In this document: positions 38,877 to 58,232 of the stretch, piece by piece
How positions within the stretch are numbered: the stretch's first letter is position 1
Layout of the letters: each line of letters opens with the position of its first letter
From: the human T2T-CHM13v2.0 reference genome, Homo sapiens
DNA: 64,000 bases
Strand: one strand, 5' to 3'
Assembly: GCF_009914755.1 (NCBI RefSeq)
Contig: NC_060948.1
Notes under the pieces: model-generated
Database searches by the model: none
The model's input: the letters and a program-made list of their open reading frames with translations, nothing else
What the model was told of the DNA's origin: nothing
Program-made: the position numbers and the translations under genes

Positions 38877-40981
38877 AGATCCATATTTTTTAAATGAAAA
38901 AAAATTTCAAAGGTACTCTGCTTGGTACAATAATCAAATGTATAAACTGAGGAATAAAACATAACCATGAAACCTACTTATAACTGCATATGGAAAATAC
39001 AGAGGATAATTTTTTAAATAACATATTTTGAAAGCCTTAACTAGTAATTTGAAGAGTTGGCATTTGAAAGGCCAGTATGAATATACCTTCAAAGCAGCAA
39101 CACAGGTTCCCCATGAGAAAAAGCAAACACAGGGAAAATAAAAACACAAAGGTTCAATCTCTTCTGACCTTTGAAAGACACAGCACAGACAGTGGTCCTT
39201 AGGACGAAGAGCAGGAGACCCCTAATTCCGTCACCATGGCGATAGGGCATAAACATTGCTGGGTGAGGGCACAATCCACATTGTGAGGTCCAACTGCTGC
39301 CAGGAAGACAGGAGTGCTTTTACATAGACCGAAAGGTCATTGAAGGCTCAGAGTTTTGTTTCAAGAACTGAATCCCAAGCCCACACGTTATTAGGCTGCG
39401 CTTCTTAAAACAAGTTATGAGATGGGAAAAAGGGCACCCACAAACATACGTATACATTATGTATATAATAATATACAGTATCATATATATAATATATATA
39501 ACCTATGTATAATATTGTTTTACATCCTGCATCTTATGTTATATATATTGTATAAAATATAATAATTGATAATATATAAGTTTTATAATTATACAATATG
39601 ACATATAGTATATATTATAATTTATGACATATATAATATATGTCATATATCATATATAGAATATATTATACGGTTAATATACGTATTAAATATAAATTAT
39701 ACGTTATATATATTATATATAATATATCTGTTATATATAATACCCATTATGCATAATATATATATTATATCTATGTTATATATAGTATAAAACAACATAT
39801 GATAATATATAATTGTATATATAAAATGCGACATATAATATATATTATATTTTATAACATATGTAATATATATTATATATTATATATAATACGTTGTATG
39901 TATAATACCTATATTAAATATATATTATATGACTATGTTATTAATTACATGTCACATGAGTTATATATTATATATTTTACGTAGAATATACCGGTTACAT
40001 ACAATATATACTATGTTACCTACAATGTATAATTTATTACATGTAAAATAAAGAATGCAGTATATTATGTATAATTTATAATATACAATATGTGGAATGT
40101 GATATATATAACATATAATATATGATATATGATATACAGTATATGATATATAACATACAATATATGATTCCTAATATATATGGTATACAATATATATTTT
40201 ATGATATGTATTCTATATGTTTTATATTCTGTTATATATAACTATTTGAAATTATACATAACTGTATAATATTTTATGTAAATATGTAATATAATATATA
40301 TAACTATATAATATATTATATATAACTATATATTATGTTATATATACTTTTATAACATAATTTACATAAAATATCATAATATAATGTATAATATATTATT
40401 TCATATTACATAATATATATTACATATCACCCAATATAACTAACATACATAATATTATAATATAGATTATATTATGTTATATTATATATCATATATATCA
40501 TGTATCATATATTCTATAATATATATTACACATTATATAATATGTATGTTGTCTATTATGTGATATATATAACTCTATATATATTTATATTTTTATACAT
40601 ATAACTAGATAAACATGTAATTCTACATATTTTCATTTATAATATGTAGAATTATATAATCATATATAATTATTTATATTCTATAAAAAATTTTATCATT
40701 ATATAAATTATAATATATAAAAATTATAATATGTACTACAAATATATATATTATATATCATATATGATATAGTACCTTTGTTATATATCATAATACATAT
40801 AAATGTGTATTATGTTATCTATAATTATATAATTTCATATATAAGATGTATAATATGTATCATATATTATATATGTTATGTAATATATATAGTATATATA
40901 AGATGACACAGGATAAATATTATATACTATGACATATAAAAAATATGAGGTTATATGTTACATATAAGGCATAGCACATAA

Positions 40982-41296
<315 letters not shown>

Positions 41297-43399
41297 AGAT
41301 CCATATTTTTTAAATGAAAAAAAATTTCAAAGGTACTCTGCTTGGTACAATAATCAAATGTATAAACTGAGGAATAAAACATAACCATGAAACCTACTTA
41401 TAACTGCATATGGAAAATACAGAGGATAATTTTTTAAATAACATATTTTGAAAGCCTTAACTAGTAATTTGAAGAGTTGGCATTTGAAAGGCCAGTATGA
41501 ATATACCTTCAAAGCAGCAACACAGGTTCCCCATGAGAAAAAGCAAACACAGGGAAAATAAAAACACAAAGGTTCAATCTCTTCTGACCTTTGAAAGACA
41601 CAGCACAGACAGTGGTCCTTAGGACGAAGAGCAGGAGACCCCTAATTCCGTCACCATGGCGATAGGGCATAAACATTGCTGGGTGAGGGCACAATCCACA
41701 TTGTGAGGTCCAACTGCTGCCAGGAAGACAGGAGTGCTTTTACATAGACCGAAAGGTCATTGAAGGCTCAGAGTTTTGTTTCAAGAACTGAATCCCAAGC
41801 CCACACGTTATTAGGCTGCGCTTCTTAAAACAAGTTATGAGATGGGAAAAAGGGCACCCACAAACATACGTATACATTATGTATATAATAATATACAGTA
41901 TCATATATATAATATATATAACCTATGTATAATATTGTTTTACATCCTGCATCTTATGTTATATATATTGTATAAAATATAATAATTGATAATATATAAG
42001 TTTTATAATTATACAATATGACATATAGTATATATTATAATTTATGACATATATAATATATGTTATATGTCATATATAGAATATATTACAGGGTTAATAT
42101 ACGTATTAAATATAAATTATACATTATATATATTATATATAATATATCTGTTATATATAATACCCATTATGCATAATATATATATTATGTCTATGTTATA
42201 TATAGTATAAAACAACATATAATAATATATAATTGTATATATAAAATGCCACATATAATATATATTATATTTTATAACATATGTAATATATATTATATAT
42301 TATATATAATACGTTGTATGTATAATACCTATATTAAATATATATTATATGACTATGTTATTAATTACATGTCACATGTGTTATATATTATATATTTTAC
42401 ATAGAATATACCGGTTACATACAATATATACTATGTTACCTATAATGTATAATTTATTACATGTAAAATAAAGAATGCAATATATTATGTATAATTTATA
42501 ATATACAATATGTGGAATGTGATATATATAACATATAATATATGATATATGATATACAGTATATGATATATAACATACAATATATGATTCCTAATATATA
42601 TGGTATACAATATATATTTTATGATATGTATTCTATATGTTTTATATTCTGTTATATATAACTATTTGAAATTATATATAACTGTATAATATTTTATGTA
42701 AATATGTAATATAATATATATAACTATATAATATATTATATATAACTATATATTATGTTATATATACTTTTATAACATAATTTACATAAAATATCATAAT
42801 ATAATATATATTATATTATTTCATATTACATAATATATATTACATATCACCCAATATAACTAACATACATAATATTATAATATAGATTATATTGTGTTAT
42901 ATTAAATATCATATATATCATGTATCATATATTCTATAATATATATTACACATTATATAATATGTATGTTGTCTATTATGTGATATATATAACTATATAT
43001 AATTATATTTTTATACATATAACTAGATAAACATGTAATTCTACATATTTTCATTTATAATATGTAGAATTATATAATCATATATAATTATTTATATTCT
43101 ATAAAAAATTTTATCATTCTATAAATTATAATATATAAAAATTATAATATGTACTACAAATATATATATTATATATCACATATGATATAGTACCTTTGTT
43201 ATATATCATAATACATATAAATGTGTATTATGTTATCTATAATTATATAATTTCATATATAAGATGTATAATATGTATCATATATTATATATGTTATGTA
43301 ACATATATAGTATATATAAGATGACACAGGATAAATATTTTATACTATGACATATAAAAAATATGAGGTTATATGTTACATATAAGGCATAGCACATAA

Positions 43400-43714
<315 letters not shown>

Positions 43715-45819
43715 AGATCCATATTTTTTAAATGAAAAAAAATTTCAAAGGTACTCTGCTTGGTACAATAATCAAATGTATAAACTGAGGAATAAAACAT
43801 AACCATGAAACCTACTTATAACTGCATATGGAAAATGCAGAGGATAATTTTTTAAATAACATATTTTGAAAGCCTTAACTAGTAATTTGAAGAGTTGGCA
43901 TTTGAAAGGCCAGTATGAATATACCTTCAAAGCAGCAACACAGGTTCCCCATGAGAAAAAGCAAACACAGGGAAAATAAAAACACAAAGGTTCAATCTCT
44001 TCTGACCTTTGAAAGACACAGCACAGACAGTGGTCCTTAGGACGAAGAGCAGGAGACCCCTAATTCCGTCACCATGGCGATAGGGCATAAACATTGCTGG
44101 GTGAGGGCACAATCCACATTGTGAGGTCCAAGTGCTGCCAGGAAGACAGGAGTGCTTTTACATAGACCGAAAGGTCATTGAAGGCTCAGAGTTTTGTTTC
44201 AAGAACTGAATCCCAAGCCCACACGTTATTAGGCTGCGCTTCTTAAAACAAGTTATGAGATGGGAAAAAGGGCACCCACAAACATACGTATACATTATGT
44301 ATATAATAATATACAGTATCATATATATAATATATATAACCTATGTATAATATTGTTTTACATCCTGCATCTTATGTTATATATATTGTATAAAATATAA
44401 TAATTGATAATATATAAGTTTTATAATTCTACAATATGACATATAGTATATATTATAATTTATGACATATATAATATATGTCATATATCATATATAGAAT
44501 ATATTATACGGTTAATATACGTATTAAATATAAATTATACGTTATATATATTATATATAATATATCTGTTATATATAATACCCATTATGCATAATATATA
44601 TATTATGTCTATGTTATATATAGTATAAAACAACATATAATAATATATAATTGTATATATAAAATGCGACATATAATATATATTATATTTTATAACATAT
44701 GTAATATATATTATATATTATCTATAATACGTTGTATGTATAATACCTATATTAAATATATATTATATGACTATGTTATTAATTACATGTCACATGTGTT
44801 ATATATTATATATTTTACATAGAATATACCGGTTACATACAATATATACTATGTTACCTATAATGTATAATTTATTACATGTAAAATAAAGAATGCAATA
44901 TATTATGTATAATTTATAACATACCATATGTGGAATGTGATATATATAACATATAATATATGATATATGATATACAGTATATGATATATAACATACAATA
45001 TATGATTCCTAATATATATGGTATACAATATATATTTTATGATATGTGTTCTATATGTTTTATATTCTGTTATATATAACTATTTGAAATTATATATAAC
45101 TGTATAATATTTTATGTAAATATGTAATATAATATATATAACTATATAATATATTATATATAACTATATATTATGTTATATATACTTTTATAACATAATT
45201 TACATAAAATATCATAATATAATCTATATTATATTATTTCATATTACATAATATATATTACATATCACCCAATATAACTAACATACATAATATTATAATA
45301 TAGATTATATTGTGTTATATTAAATATCATATATATCATGTATCATATATTCTATAATATATATTACACATTATATAATATGTATGTTGTCTATTATGTG
45401 ATATATATAACTCTATATATAATTATATTTTTATACATATAACTAGATAAACATGTAATTCTACATATTTTCATTTATAATATGTAGAATTATATAATCA
45501 TATATAATTATTTATATTCTATAAAAAATTTTATCATTCTATAAATTATAATATATAAAAATTATAATATGTACTACAAATATATATATTATATATCACA
45601 TATGATATAGTACCTTTGTTATATATCATAATACATATAAATGTGTATTATGTTATCTATAATTATATAATTTCATATATAAGATGTATAATATGTATCA
45701 TATATTATATATGTTATGTAACATATATAGTATATATAAGATGACACAGGATAAATATTATATACTATGACATATAAAATATGTGAGGTTATATGTTACA
45801 TATAAGGCATAGCACATAA

Positions 45820-46134
<315 letters not shown>

Positions 46135-48239
46135 AGATCCATATTTTTTAAATGAAAAAAAATTTCAAAGGTACTCTGCTTGGTACAATAATCAAATGTA
46201 TAAACTGAGGAATAAAACATAACCATGAAACCTACTTATAACTGCATATGGAAAATACAGAGGATAATTTTTTAAATAACATATTTTGAAAGCCTTAACT
46301 AGTAATTTGAAGAGTTGGCATTTGAAAGGCCAGTATGAATATACCTTCAAAGCAGCAACACAGGTTCCCCATGAGAAAAAGCAAACACAGGGAAAATAAA
46401 AACACAAAGGTTCAATCTCTTCTGACCTTTGAAAGACACAGCACAGACAGTGGTCCTTAGGACGAAGAGCAGGAGACCCCTAATTCCGTCACCATGGCGA
46501 TAGGGCATAAACATTGCTGGGTGAGGGCACAATCCACATTGTGAGGTCCAAGTGCTGCCAGGAAGACAGGAGTGCTTTTACATAGACCGAAAGGTCATTG
46601 AAGGCTCAGAGTTTTGTTTCAAGAACTGAATCCCAAGCCCACACGTTATTAGGCTGCGCTTCTTAAAACAAGTTATGAGATGGGAAAAAGGGCACCCACA
46701 AACATACGTATACATTATGTATATAATAATATACAGTATCATATATATAATATATATAACCTATGTATAATATTGTTTTACATCCTGCATCTTATGTTAT
46801 ATATATTGTATAAAATATAATAATTGATAATATATAAGTTTTATAATTCTACAATATGACATATAGTATATATTATAATTTATGACATATATAATATATG
46901 TCATATATCATATATAGAATATATTATACGGTTAATATACGTATTAAATATAAATTATACGTTATATATATTATATATAATATATCTGTTATATATAATA
47001 CCCATTATGCATAATATATATATTATGTCTATGTTATATATAGTATAAAACAACATATAATAATATATAATTGTATATATAAAATGCGACATATAATATA
47101 TATTATAATTTATAACATATGTAATATATATTATATATTATCTATAATACGTTGTATGTATAATACCTATATTAAATATATATTATATGACTATGTTATT
47201 AATTACATGTCACATGTGTTATATATTATATATTTTACATAGAATATACCGGTTACATACAATATATACTATGTTACCTATAATGTATAATTTATTACAT
47301 GTAAAATAAAGAATGCAATATATTATGTATAATTTATAACATACCATATGTGGAATGTGATATATATAACATATAATATATGATATATGATACACAGTAT
47401 ATGATATATAACATACAATATATGATTCCTAATATATATGGTATACAATATATATTTTATGATATGTATTCTATATGTTTTATATTCTGTTATATATAAC
47501 TATTTGAAATTATATATAACTGTATAATATTTTATGTAAATATGTAATATAATATATATAACTATATAATATATTATATATAACTATATATTATGTTATA
47601 TATACTTTTATAACATAATTTACATAAAATATCATAATATAATCTATATTATATTATTTCATATTACATAATATATATTACATATCACCCAATATAACTA
47701 ACATACATAATATTATAATATAGATTATATTGTGTTATATTAAATATCATATATATCATGTATCATATATTCTATAATATATATTACACATTATATAATA
47801 TGTATGTTGTCTATTATGTGATATATATAACTCTATATATAATTATATTTTTATACATATAACTAGATAAACATGTAATTCTACATATTTTCATTTATAA
47901 TATGTAGAATTATATAATCATATATAATTATTTATATTCTATAAAAAATTTTATCATTCTATAAATTATAATATATAAAAATTATAATATGTACTACAAA
48001 TATATATATTATATATCACATATGATATAGTACCTTTGTTATATATCATAATACATATAAATGTGTATTATGTTATCTATAATTATATAATTTCATATAT
48101 AAGATGTATAATATGTATCATATATTATATATGTTATGTAACATATATAGTATATATAAGATGACACAGGATAAATATTATATACTATGACATATAAAAT
48201 ATGTGAGGTTATATGTTACATATAAGGCATAGCACATAA

Positions 48240-48554
<315 letters not shown>

Positions 48555-50659
48555 AGATCCATATTTTTTAAATGAAAAAAAATTTCAAAGGTACTCTGCT
48601 TGGTACAATAATCAAATGTATAAACTGAGGAATAAAACATAACCATGAAACCTACTTATAACTGCATATGGAAAATACAGAGGATAATTTTTTAAATAAC
48701 ATATTTTGAAAGCCTTAACTAGTAATTTGAAGAGTTGGCATTTGAAAGGCCAGTATGAATATACCTTCAAAGCAGCAACACAGGTTCCCCATGAGAAAAA
48801 GCAAACACAGGGAAAATAAAAACACAAAGGTTCAATCTCTTCTGACCTTTGAAAGACACAGCACAGACAGTGGTCCTTAGGACGAAGAGCAGGAGACCCC
48901 TAATTCCGTCACCATGGCGATAGGGCATAAACATTGCTGGGTGAGGGCACAATCCACATTGTGAGGTCCAACTGCTGCCAGGAAGACAGGAGTGCTTTTA
49001 CATAGACCGAAAGGTCATTGAAGGCTCAGAGTTTTGTTTCAAGAACTGAATCCCAAGCCCACACGTTATTAGGCTGCGCTTCTTAAAACAAGTTATGAGA
49101 TGGGAAAAAGGGCACCCACAAACATACGTATACATTATGTATATAATAATACACAGTATCATATATATAATATATATAACCTATGTATAATATTGTTTTA
49201 CATCCTGCATCTTATGTTATATATATTGTATAAAATATAATAATTGATAATATATAAGTTTTATAATTATACAATATGACATATAGTATATATTATAATT
49301 TATGACATATATAATATATGTCATATATCATATATAGAATATATTATACGGTTAATATACGTATTAAATATAAATTATACGTTATATATATTATATATAA
49401 TATATCTGTTATATATAATACCCATTATGCATAATATATATATTATATCTATGTTATATATAGTATAAAACAACATATAATAATATATAATTGTATATAT
49501 AAAATGCGACATATAATATATATTATATTTTATAACATATGTAATATATATTATATATTATATATAATACGTTGTATGTATAATACCTATATTAAATATA
49601 TATTATATGACTATGTTATTAATTACATGTCACATGAGTTATATATTATATATTTTACATAGAATATACCGGTTACATACAATATATACTATGTTACCTA
49701 CAATGTATAATTTATTACATGTAAAATAAAGAATGCAGTATATTATGTATAATTTATAATATACAATATGTGGAATGTGATATATATAACATATAATATA
49801 TGATATATGATATACAGTATATGATATATAACATACAATATATGATTCCTAATATATATGGTATACAATATATATTTTATGATATGTATTCTATATGTTT
49901 TATATTCTGTTATATATAACTATTTGAAATTATACATAACTGTATAATATTTTATGTAAATATGTAATATAATATATATAACTATATAATATATTATATA
50001 TAACTATATATTATGTTATATATACTTTTATAACATAATTTACATAAAATATCATAATATAATGTATAATATATTATTTCATATTACATAATATATATTA
50101 CATATCACCCAATATAACTAACATACATAATATTATAATATAGATTATATTATGTTATATTATATATCATATATATCATGTATCATATATTCTATAATAT
50201 ATATTACACATTATATAATATGTATGTTGTCTATTATGTGATATATATAACTCTATATATAATTATATTTTTATACATATAACTAGATAAACATGTAATT
50301 CTACATATTTTCATTTATAATATGTAGAATTATATAATCATATATAATTATTTATATTCTATAAAAAATTTTATCATTATATAAATTATAATATATAAAA
50401 ATTATAATATGTACTACAAATATATATATTATATATCATATATGATATAGTACCTTTGTTATATATCATAATACATATAAATGTGTATTATGTTATCTAT
50501 AATTATATAATTTCATATATAAGATGTATAATATGTATCATATATTATATATGTTATGTAATATATATAGTATATATAAGATGACACAGGATAAATATTA
50601 TATACTATGACATATAAAAAATATGAGGTTATATGTTACATATAAGGCATAGCACATAA

Positions 50660-50974
<315 letters not shown>

Positions 50975-53077
50975 AGATCCATATTTTTTAAATGAAAAAA
51001 AATTTCAAAGGTACTCTGCTTGGTACAATAATCAAATGTATAAACTGAGGAATAAAACATAACCATGAAACCTACTTATAACTGCATATGGAAAATACAG
51101 AGGATAATTTTTTAAATAACATATTTTGAAAGCCTTAACTAGTAATTTGAAGAGTTGGCATTTGAAAGGCCAGTATGAATATACCTTCAAAGCAGCAACA
51201 CAGGTTCCCCATGAGAAAAAGCAAACACAGGGAAAATAAAAACACAAAGGTTCAATCTCTTCTGACCTTTGAAAGACACAGCACAGACAGTGGTCCTTAG
51301 GACGAAGAGCAGGAGACCCCTAATTCCGTCACCATGGCGATAGGGCATAAACATTGCTGGGTGAGGGCACAATCCACATTGTGAGGTCCAACTGCTGCCA
51401 GGAAGACAGGAGTGCTTTTACATAGACCGAAAGGTCATTGAAGGCTCAGAGTTTTGTTTCAAGAACTGAATCCCAAGCCCACACGTTATTAGGCTGCGCT
51501 TCTTAAAACAAGTTATGAGATGGGAAAAAGGGCACCCACAAACATACGTATACATTATGTATATAATAATATACAGTATCATATATATAATATATATAAC
51601 CTATGTATAATATTGTTTTACATCCTGCATCTTATGTTATATATATTGTATAAAATATAATAATTGATAATATATAAGTTTTATAATTATACAATATGAC
51701 ATATAGTATATATTATAATTTATGACATATATAATATATGTTATATGTCATATATAGAATATATTACAGGGTTAATATACGTATTAAATATAAATTATAC
51801 ATTATATATATTATATATAATATATCTGTTATATATAATACCCATTATGCATAATATATATATTATGTCTATGTTATATATAGTATAAAACAACATATAA
51901 TAATATATAATTGTATATATAAAATGCCACATATAATATATATTATATTTTATAACATATGTAATATATATTATATATTATATATAATACGTTGTATGTA
52001 TAATACCTATATTAAATATATATTATATGACTATGTTATTAATTACATGTCACATGTGTTATATATTATATATTTTACATAGAATATACCGGTTACATAC
52101 AATATATACTATGTTACCTATAATGTATAATTTATTACATGTAAAATAAAGAATGCAATATATTATGTATAATTTATAATATACCATATGTGGAATGTGA
52201 TATATATAACATATAATATATGATATATGATATACAGTATATGATATATAACATACAATATATGATTCCTAATATATATGGTATACAATATATATTTTAT
52301 GATATGTATTCTATATGTTTTATATTCTGTTATATATAACTATTTGAAATTATATATAACTGTATAATATTTTATGTAAATATGTAATATAATATATATA
52401 ACTATATAATATATTATATATAACTATATATTATGTTATATATACTTTTATAACATAATTTACATAAAATATCATAATATAATATATATTATATTATTTC
52501 ATATTACATAATATATATTACATATCACCCAATATAACTAACATACATAATATTATAATATAGATTATATTGTGTTATATTAAATATCATATATATCATG
52601 TATCATATATTCTATAATATATATTACACATTATATAATATGTATGTTGTCTATTATGTGATATATATAACTATATATAATTATATTTTTATACATATAA
52701 CTAGATAAACATGTAATTCTACATATTTTCATTTATAATATGTAGAATTATATAATCATATATAATTATTTATATTCTATAAAAAATTTTATCATTATAT
52801 AAATTATAATATATAAAAATTATAATATGTACTACAAATATATATATTATATATCATATATGATATAGTACCTTTGTTATATATCATAATACATATAAAT
52901 GTGTATTATGTTATCTATAATTATATAATTTCATATATAAGATGTATAATATGTATCATATATTATATATGTTATGTAATATATATAGTATATATAAGAT
53001 GACACAGGATAAATATTATATACTATGACATATAAAATATATGAGGTTATATGTTACATATAAGGCATAGCACATAA

Positions 53078-53392
<315 letters not shown>

Positions 53393-55520
53393 AGATCCAT
53401 ATTTTTTAAATGAAAAAAAATTTCAAAGGTACTCTGCTTGGTACAATAATCAAATGTATAAACTGAGGAATAAAACATAACCATGAAACCTACTTATAAC
53501 TGCATATGGAAAATACAGAGGATAATTTTTTAAATAACATATTTTGAAAGCCTTAACTAGTAATTTGAAGAGTTGGCATTTGAAAGGCCAGTATGAATAT
53601 ACCTTCAAAGCAGCAACACAGGTTCCCCATGAGAAAAAGCAAACACAGGGAAAATAAAAACACAAAGGTTCAATCTCTTCTGACCTTTGAAAGACACAGC
53701 ACAGACAGTGGTCCTTAGGACGAAGAGCAGGAGACCCCTAATTCCGTCACCATGGCGATAGGGCATAAACATTGCTGGGTGAGGGCACAATCCACATTCT
53801 GAGGTCCAACTGCTGCCAGGAAGACAGGAGTGCTTTTACATAGACCGAAAGGTCATTGAAGGCTCAGAGTTTTGTTTCAAGAACTGAATCCCAAGCCCAC
53901 ACGTTATTAGGCTGTGCTTCTTAAAACAATTTATGAGATGGGAAAAAGGGCACCCACAAACATACGTATACATTATGTATATAATAATATACAGTATCAT
54001 ATATATAATATATATGACCTATGTATAATATTGTTTTACATCCTGCATCTTATGTTATATATATTGTATAAAATATAATAATTGATAATATATAAGTTTT
54101 ATAATTATACAATATGACATATAGTATATATTATAATTTATGACATATATAATATATGTTATATATCATATATAGAATATATTATACGGTTAATATACGT
54201 ATTAAATATAAATTATACATTATATATATTATATATAATATATCTATTATATATAATACCCATTATGCATAATATATATATTATGTCTATGTTATATATA
54301 GTATAAAACAACATATAATAATATATAATTGTATATATAAAATGCGACATATAATATATATTATATTTTATAACATATGTAATATATATTATATATTATA
54401 TATAATACGTTGTATGTATAATACCTATATTAAATATATATTATATGACTATGTTATTAATTACATGTCACATGTGTTATATATTATATATTTTACATAG
54501 AATATACCGGTTACATACAATATATACTATGTTACCTATAATGTATAATTTATTACATGTAAAATAAAGAATGCAATATATTATGTATAATTTATAATAT
54601 ACAATATGTGGAATGTGATATATGTAACATATAATATATGATATATGATATACAGTATATGATATATAACATACAATATATGATTCCTAATATATATGGT
54701 ATACAATATATATTTTATGATATGTATTCTATATGTTTTATATTCTGTTATATATAACTATTTGAAATTATATATAACTGTATAATATTTTATGTAAATA
54801 TGTAATATAATATATATAACTATATAATATATTATATATAACTATATATTATGTTATATATACTTTTATAACATAATTTACATAAAATATCATAATACAA
54901 TATATATTATATTATTTCATATTACATAATATATATTACATATCACCCAATATAACTAACATACATAATATTATAATATAGATTATATTATGTTATATTA
55001 AATATCATATATATCATGTATCATATATTCTATAATATATATTACACATTATATAATATGTATGTTGTCTATTTTGTGATATATATAACTATATATATAA
55101 TTATATTTTTATACATATAATTAGATAAACATGTAATTCTACATATTTTCATTTATAATATGTAGAATTATATAATCATATATAATTATTTATATTCTAT
55201 AAAAAATTTTATCATTATATAAATTATAATATATAAAAATTATAATATGTACTACAAATATATATATTATATATCATATATGATATAGTACCTTTGTTAT
55301 ATATCATAATACATATAAATGTGTATTATGTTATCTATAATTATATAATTTCATATATAAGATGTATGATATGTATCATGTATTATATATGTTATGTAAT
55401 ATATATAGTATATATAAGCTGACACAGGATAAATATTATATACTATGACATATAAAATATATGAGGTTATATGTTACATATAAGGCATAGCACATAACAT
55501 GTAATATATATCATATATAA

Positions 55521-55812
55521 TTTTTTTTTAGACAGAATCTTGTCCTGTTGCACAGGGTGGGGTACAATGGCGCCATCTTTTCTCACTGAAACTTCTGCCT
55601 CACGGGTCCATGCGATTGTCCTCCCTCAGCCTCCCAGGTAGCTGGGACTACACCACACTGGGACTACACCAGCTGCCACCAAGCCTAGCTAATTTTTTGG
55701 ATTTTTAGTAGTGACAGCCTTTCACTGTATTGGCCAGGATGGTCTTGATCTCTTCACCTTGTGATCCCCTTGCCTTGGCCTCCAAATTTGCTGGGATTAC
55801 AGGCCTGAGCCA
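55521..55812 (-). mobile_element. AluY-like element (U24, four private substitutions)
   Basis: Copy of the U2 Alu with tctcactgaa, tccatgcga and accaagcct variants. Confidence 0.9.
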
Positions 55813-57917
55813 AGATCCATATTTTTTAAATGAAAAAAAATTTCAAAGGTACTCTGCTTGGTACAATAATCAAATGTATAAACTGAGGAATAAAACATAA
55901 CCATGAAACCTACTTATAACTGCATATGGAAAATACAGAGGGTAATTTTTTAAATAACATATTTTGAAAGCCTTAACTAGTAATTTGAAGAGTTGGCATT
56001 TGAAAGGCCAGTATGAATATACCTTCAAAGCAGCAACACAGGTTCCCCATGAGAAAAAGCAAACACAGGGAAAATAAAAACACAAAGGTTCAATCTCTTC
56101 TGACCTTTGAAAGACACAGCACAGACAGTGGTCCTTAGGACGAAGAGCAGGAGACCCCTAATTCCGTCACCATGGCGATAGGGCATAAACATTGCTGGGT
56201 GAGGGCATAATCCACATTGTGAGGTCCAACTGCTGCCAGGAAGACAGGAGTGCTTTTACATAGACCGAAAGGTCATTGAAGGCTCAGAGTTTTGTTTCAA
56301 GAACTGAATCCCAAGCCCACACGTTATTAGGCTGCGCTTCTTAAAACAAGTTATGAGATGGGAAAAAGGGCACCCACAAACATACGTATACATTATGTAT
56401 ATAATAATATACAGTATCATATATATAATATATATAACCTATGTATAATATTGTTTTACATCCTGCATCTTATGTTATATATATTGTATAAAATATAATA
56501 ATTGATAATATATAAGTTTTATAATTATACAATATGACATATAGTATATATTATAATTTATGACATATATAATATATGTTATATGTCATATATAGAATAT
56601 ATTATACGGTTAATATACGTATTAAATATAAATTATACATTATATATATTATATATAACATATCTGTTATATATAATACCCATTATGCATAATATATATA
56701 TTATGTCTATGTTATATATAGTATAAAACAACATATAATAATATATAATTGTATATATAAAATGCGACATATAATATATATTATATTTTATAACATATGT
56801 AATATATATTATATATTATATATAATACGTTGTATGTATAATACCTATATTAAATATATATTATATGACTATGTTATTAATTACATGTCACATGTGTTAT
56901 AAATTATATATTTTACATAGAATATACCGGTTACATACAATATATACTATGTTACCTATAATGTATAATTTATTACATGTAAAATAAAGAATGCAATCTA
57001 TTATGTATAATTTATAATATACAATATGTGGAATGTGATATATATAACATATAATATATGATATATGATATACAGTATAAGATATATAACATACAATATA
57101 TGATTCCTAATATATATGGTATACAATATATATTTTATGATATGTATTCTATATGTTTTATATTCTGTTATATATAACTATTTGAAATTATATATAACTG
57201 TATAATATTTTATGTAAATATGTAATATAATATATGTAACTATATAATATACTATATATAACTATATATTATGTTATATATACTTTTATAACATAATTTA
57301 CATAAAATATCATAATATAATATATATTATATTATTTCATATTACATAATATATATTACATATCACCCAATATAACTAACATACATAATATTATAATATA
57401 GATTATATTGTGTTATATTAAATATCATATATATCATGTATCATATATTCTATAATATATATTACTCATTATATAATATGTATGTTGTCTATTATGTGAT
57501 ATATATAACTATATATATAATTATATTTTTATACATATAACTAGATAAACATGTAATTCTACATATTTTCATTTATAATATGTAGAATTATATAATCATA
57601 TATAATTATTTATATTCTATAAAAAATTTTATCATTATATAAATTATAATATATAAAAATTATAATATGTACTACAAATATATATATTATATATCATATA
57701 TGATATAGTACCTTTGTTATATATCATAATACATATAAATGTGTATTATGTTATCTATAATTATATAATTTCATATATAAGATGTATAATATGTATCATA
57801 TATTATATATGTTATGTAACATATATAGTATATATAAGATGACACAGGATAAATATTATATACTATGACATATAAAATATATGAGTTTATATGTTACATA
57901 TAAGGCATAGCACATAA

Positions 57918-58232
<315 letters not shown>

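Noticed and set aside
39799-39984. 61-aa Ile/Tyr-rich ORF
   Set aside because: Translation of low-complexity TA sequence, opened by a private A>G change that creates an ATG.
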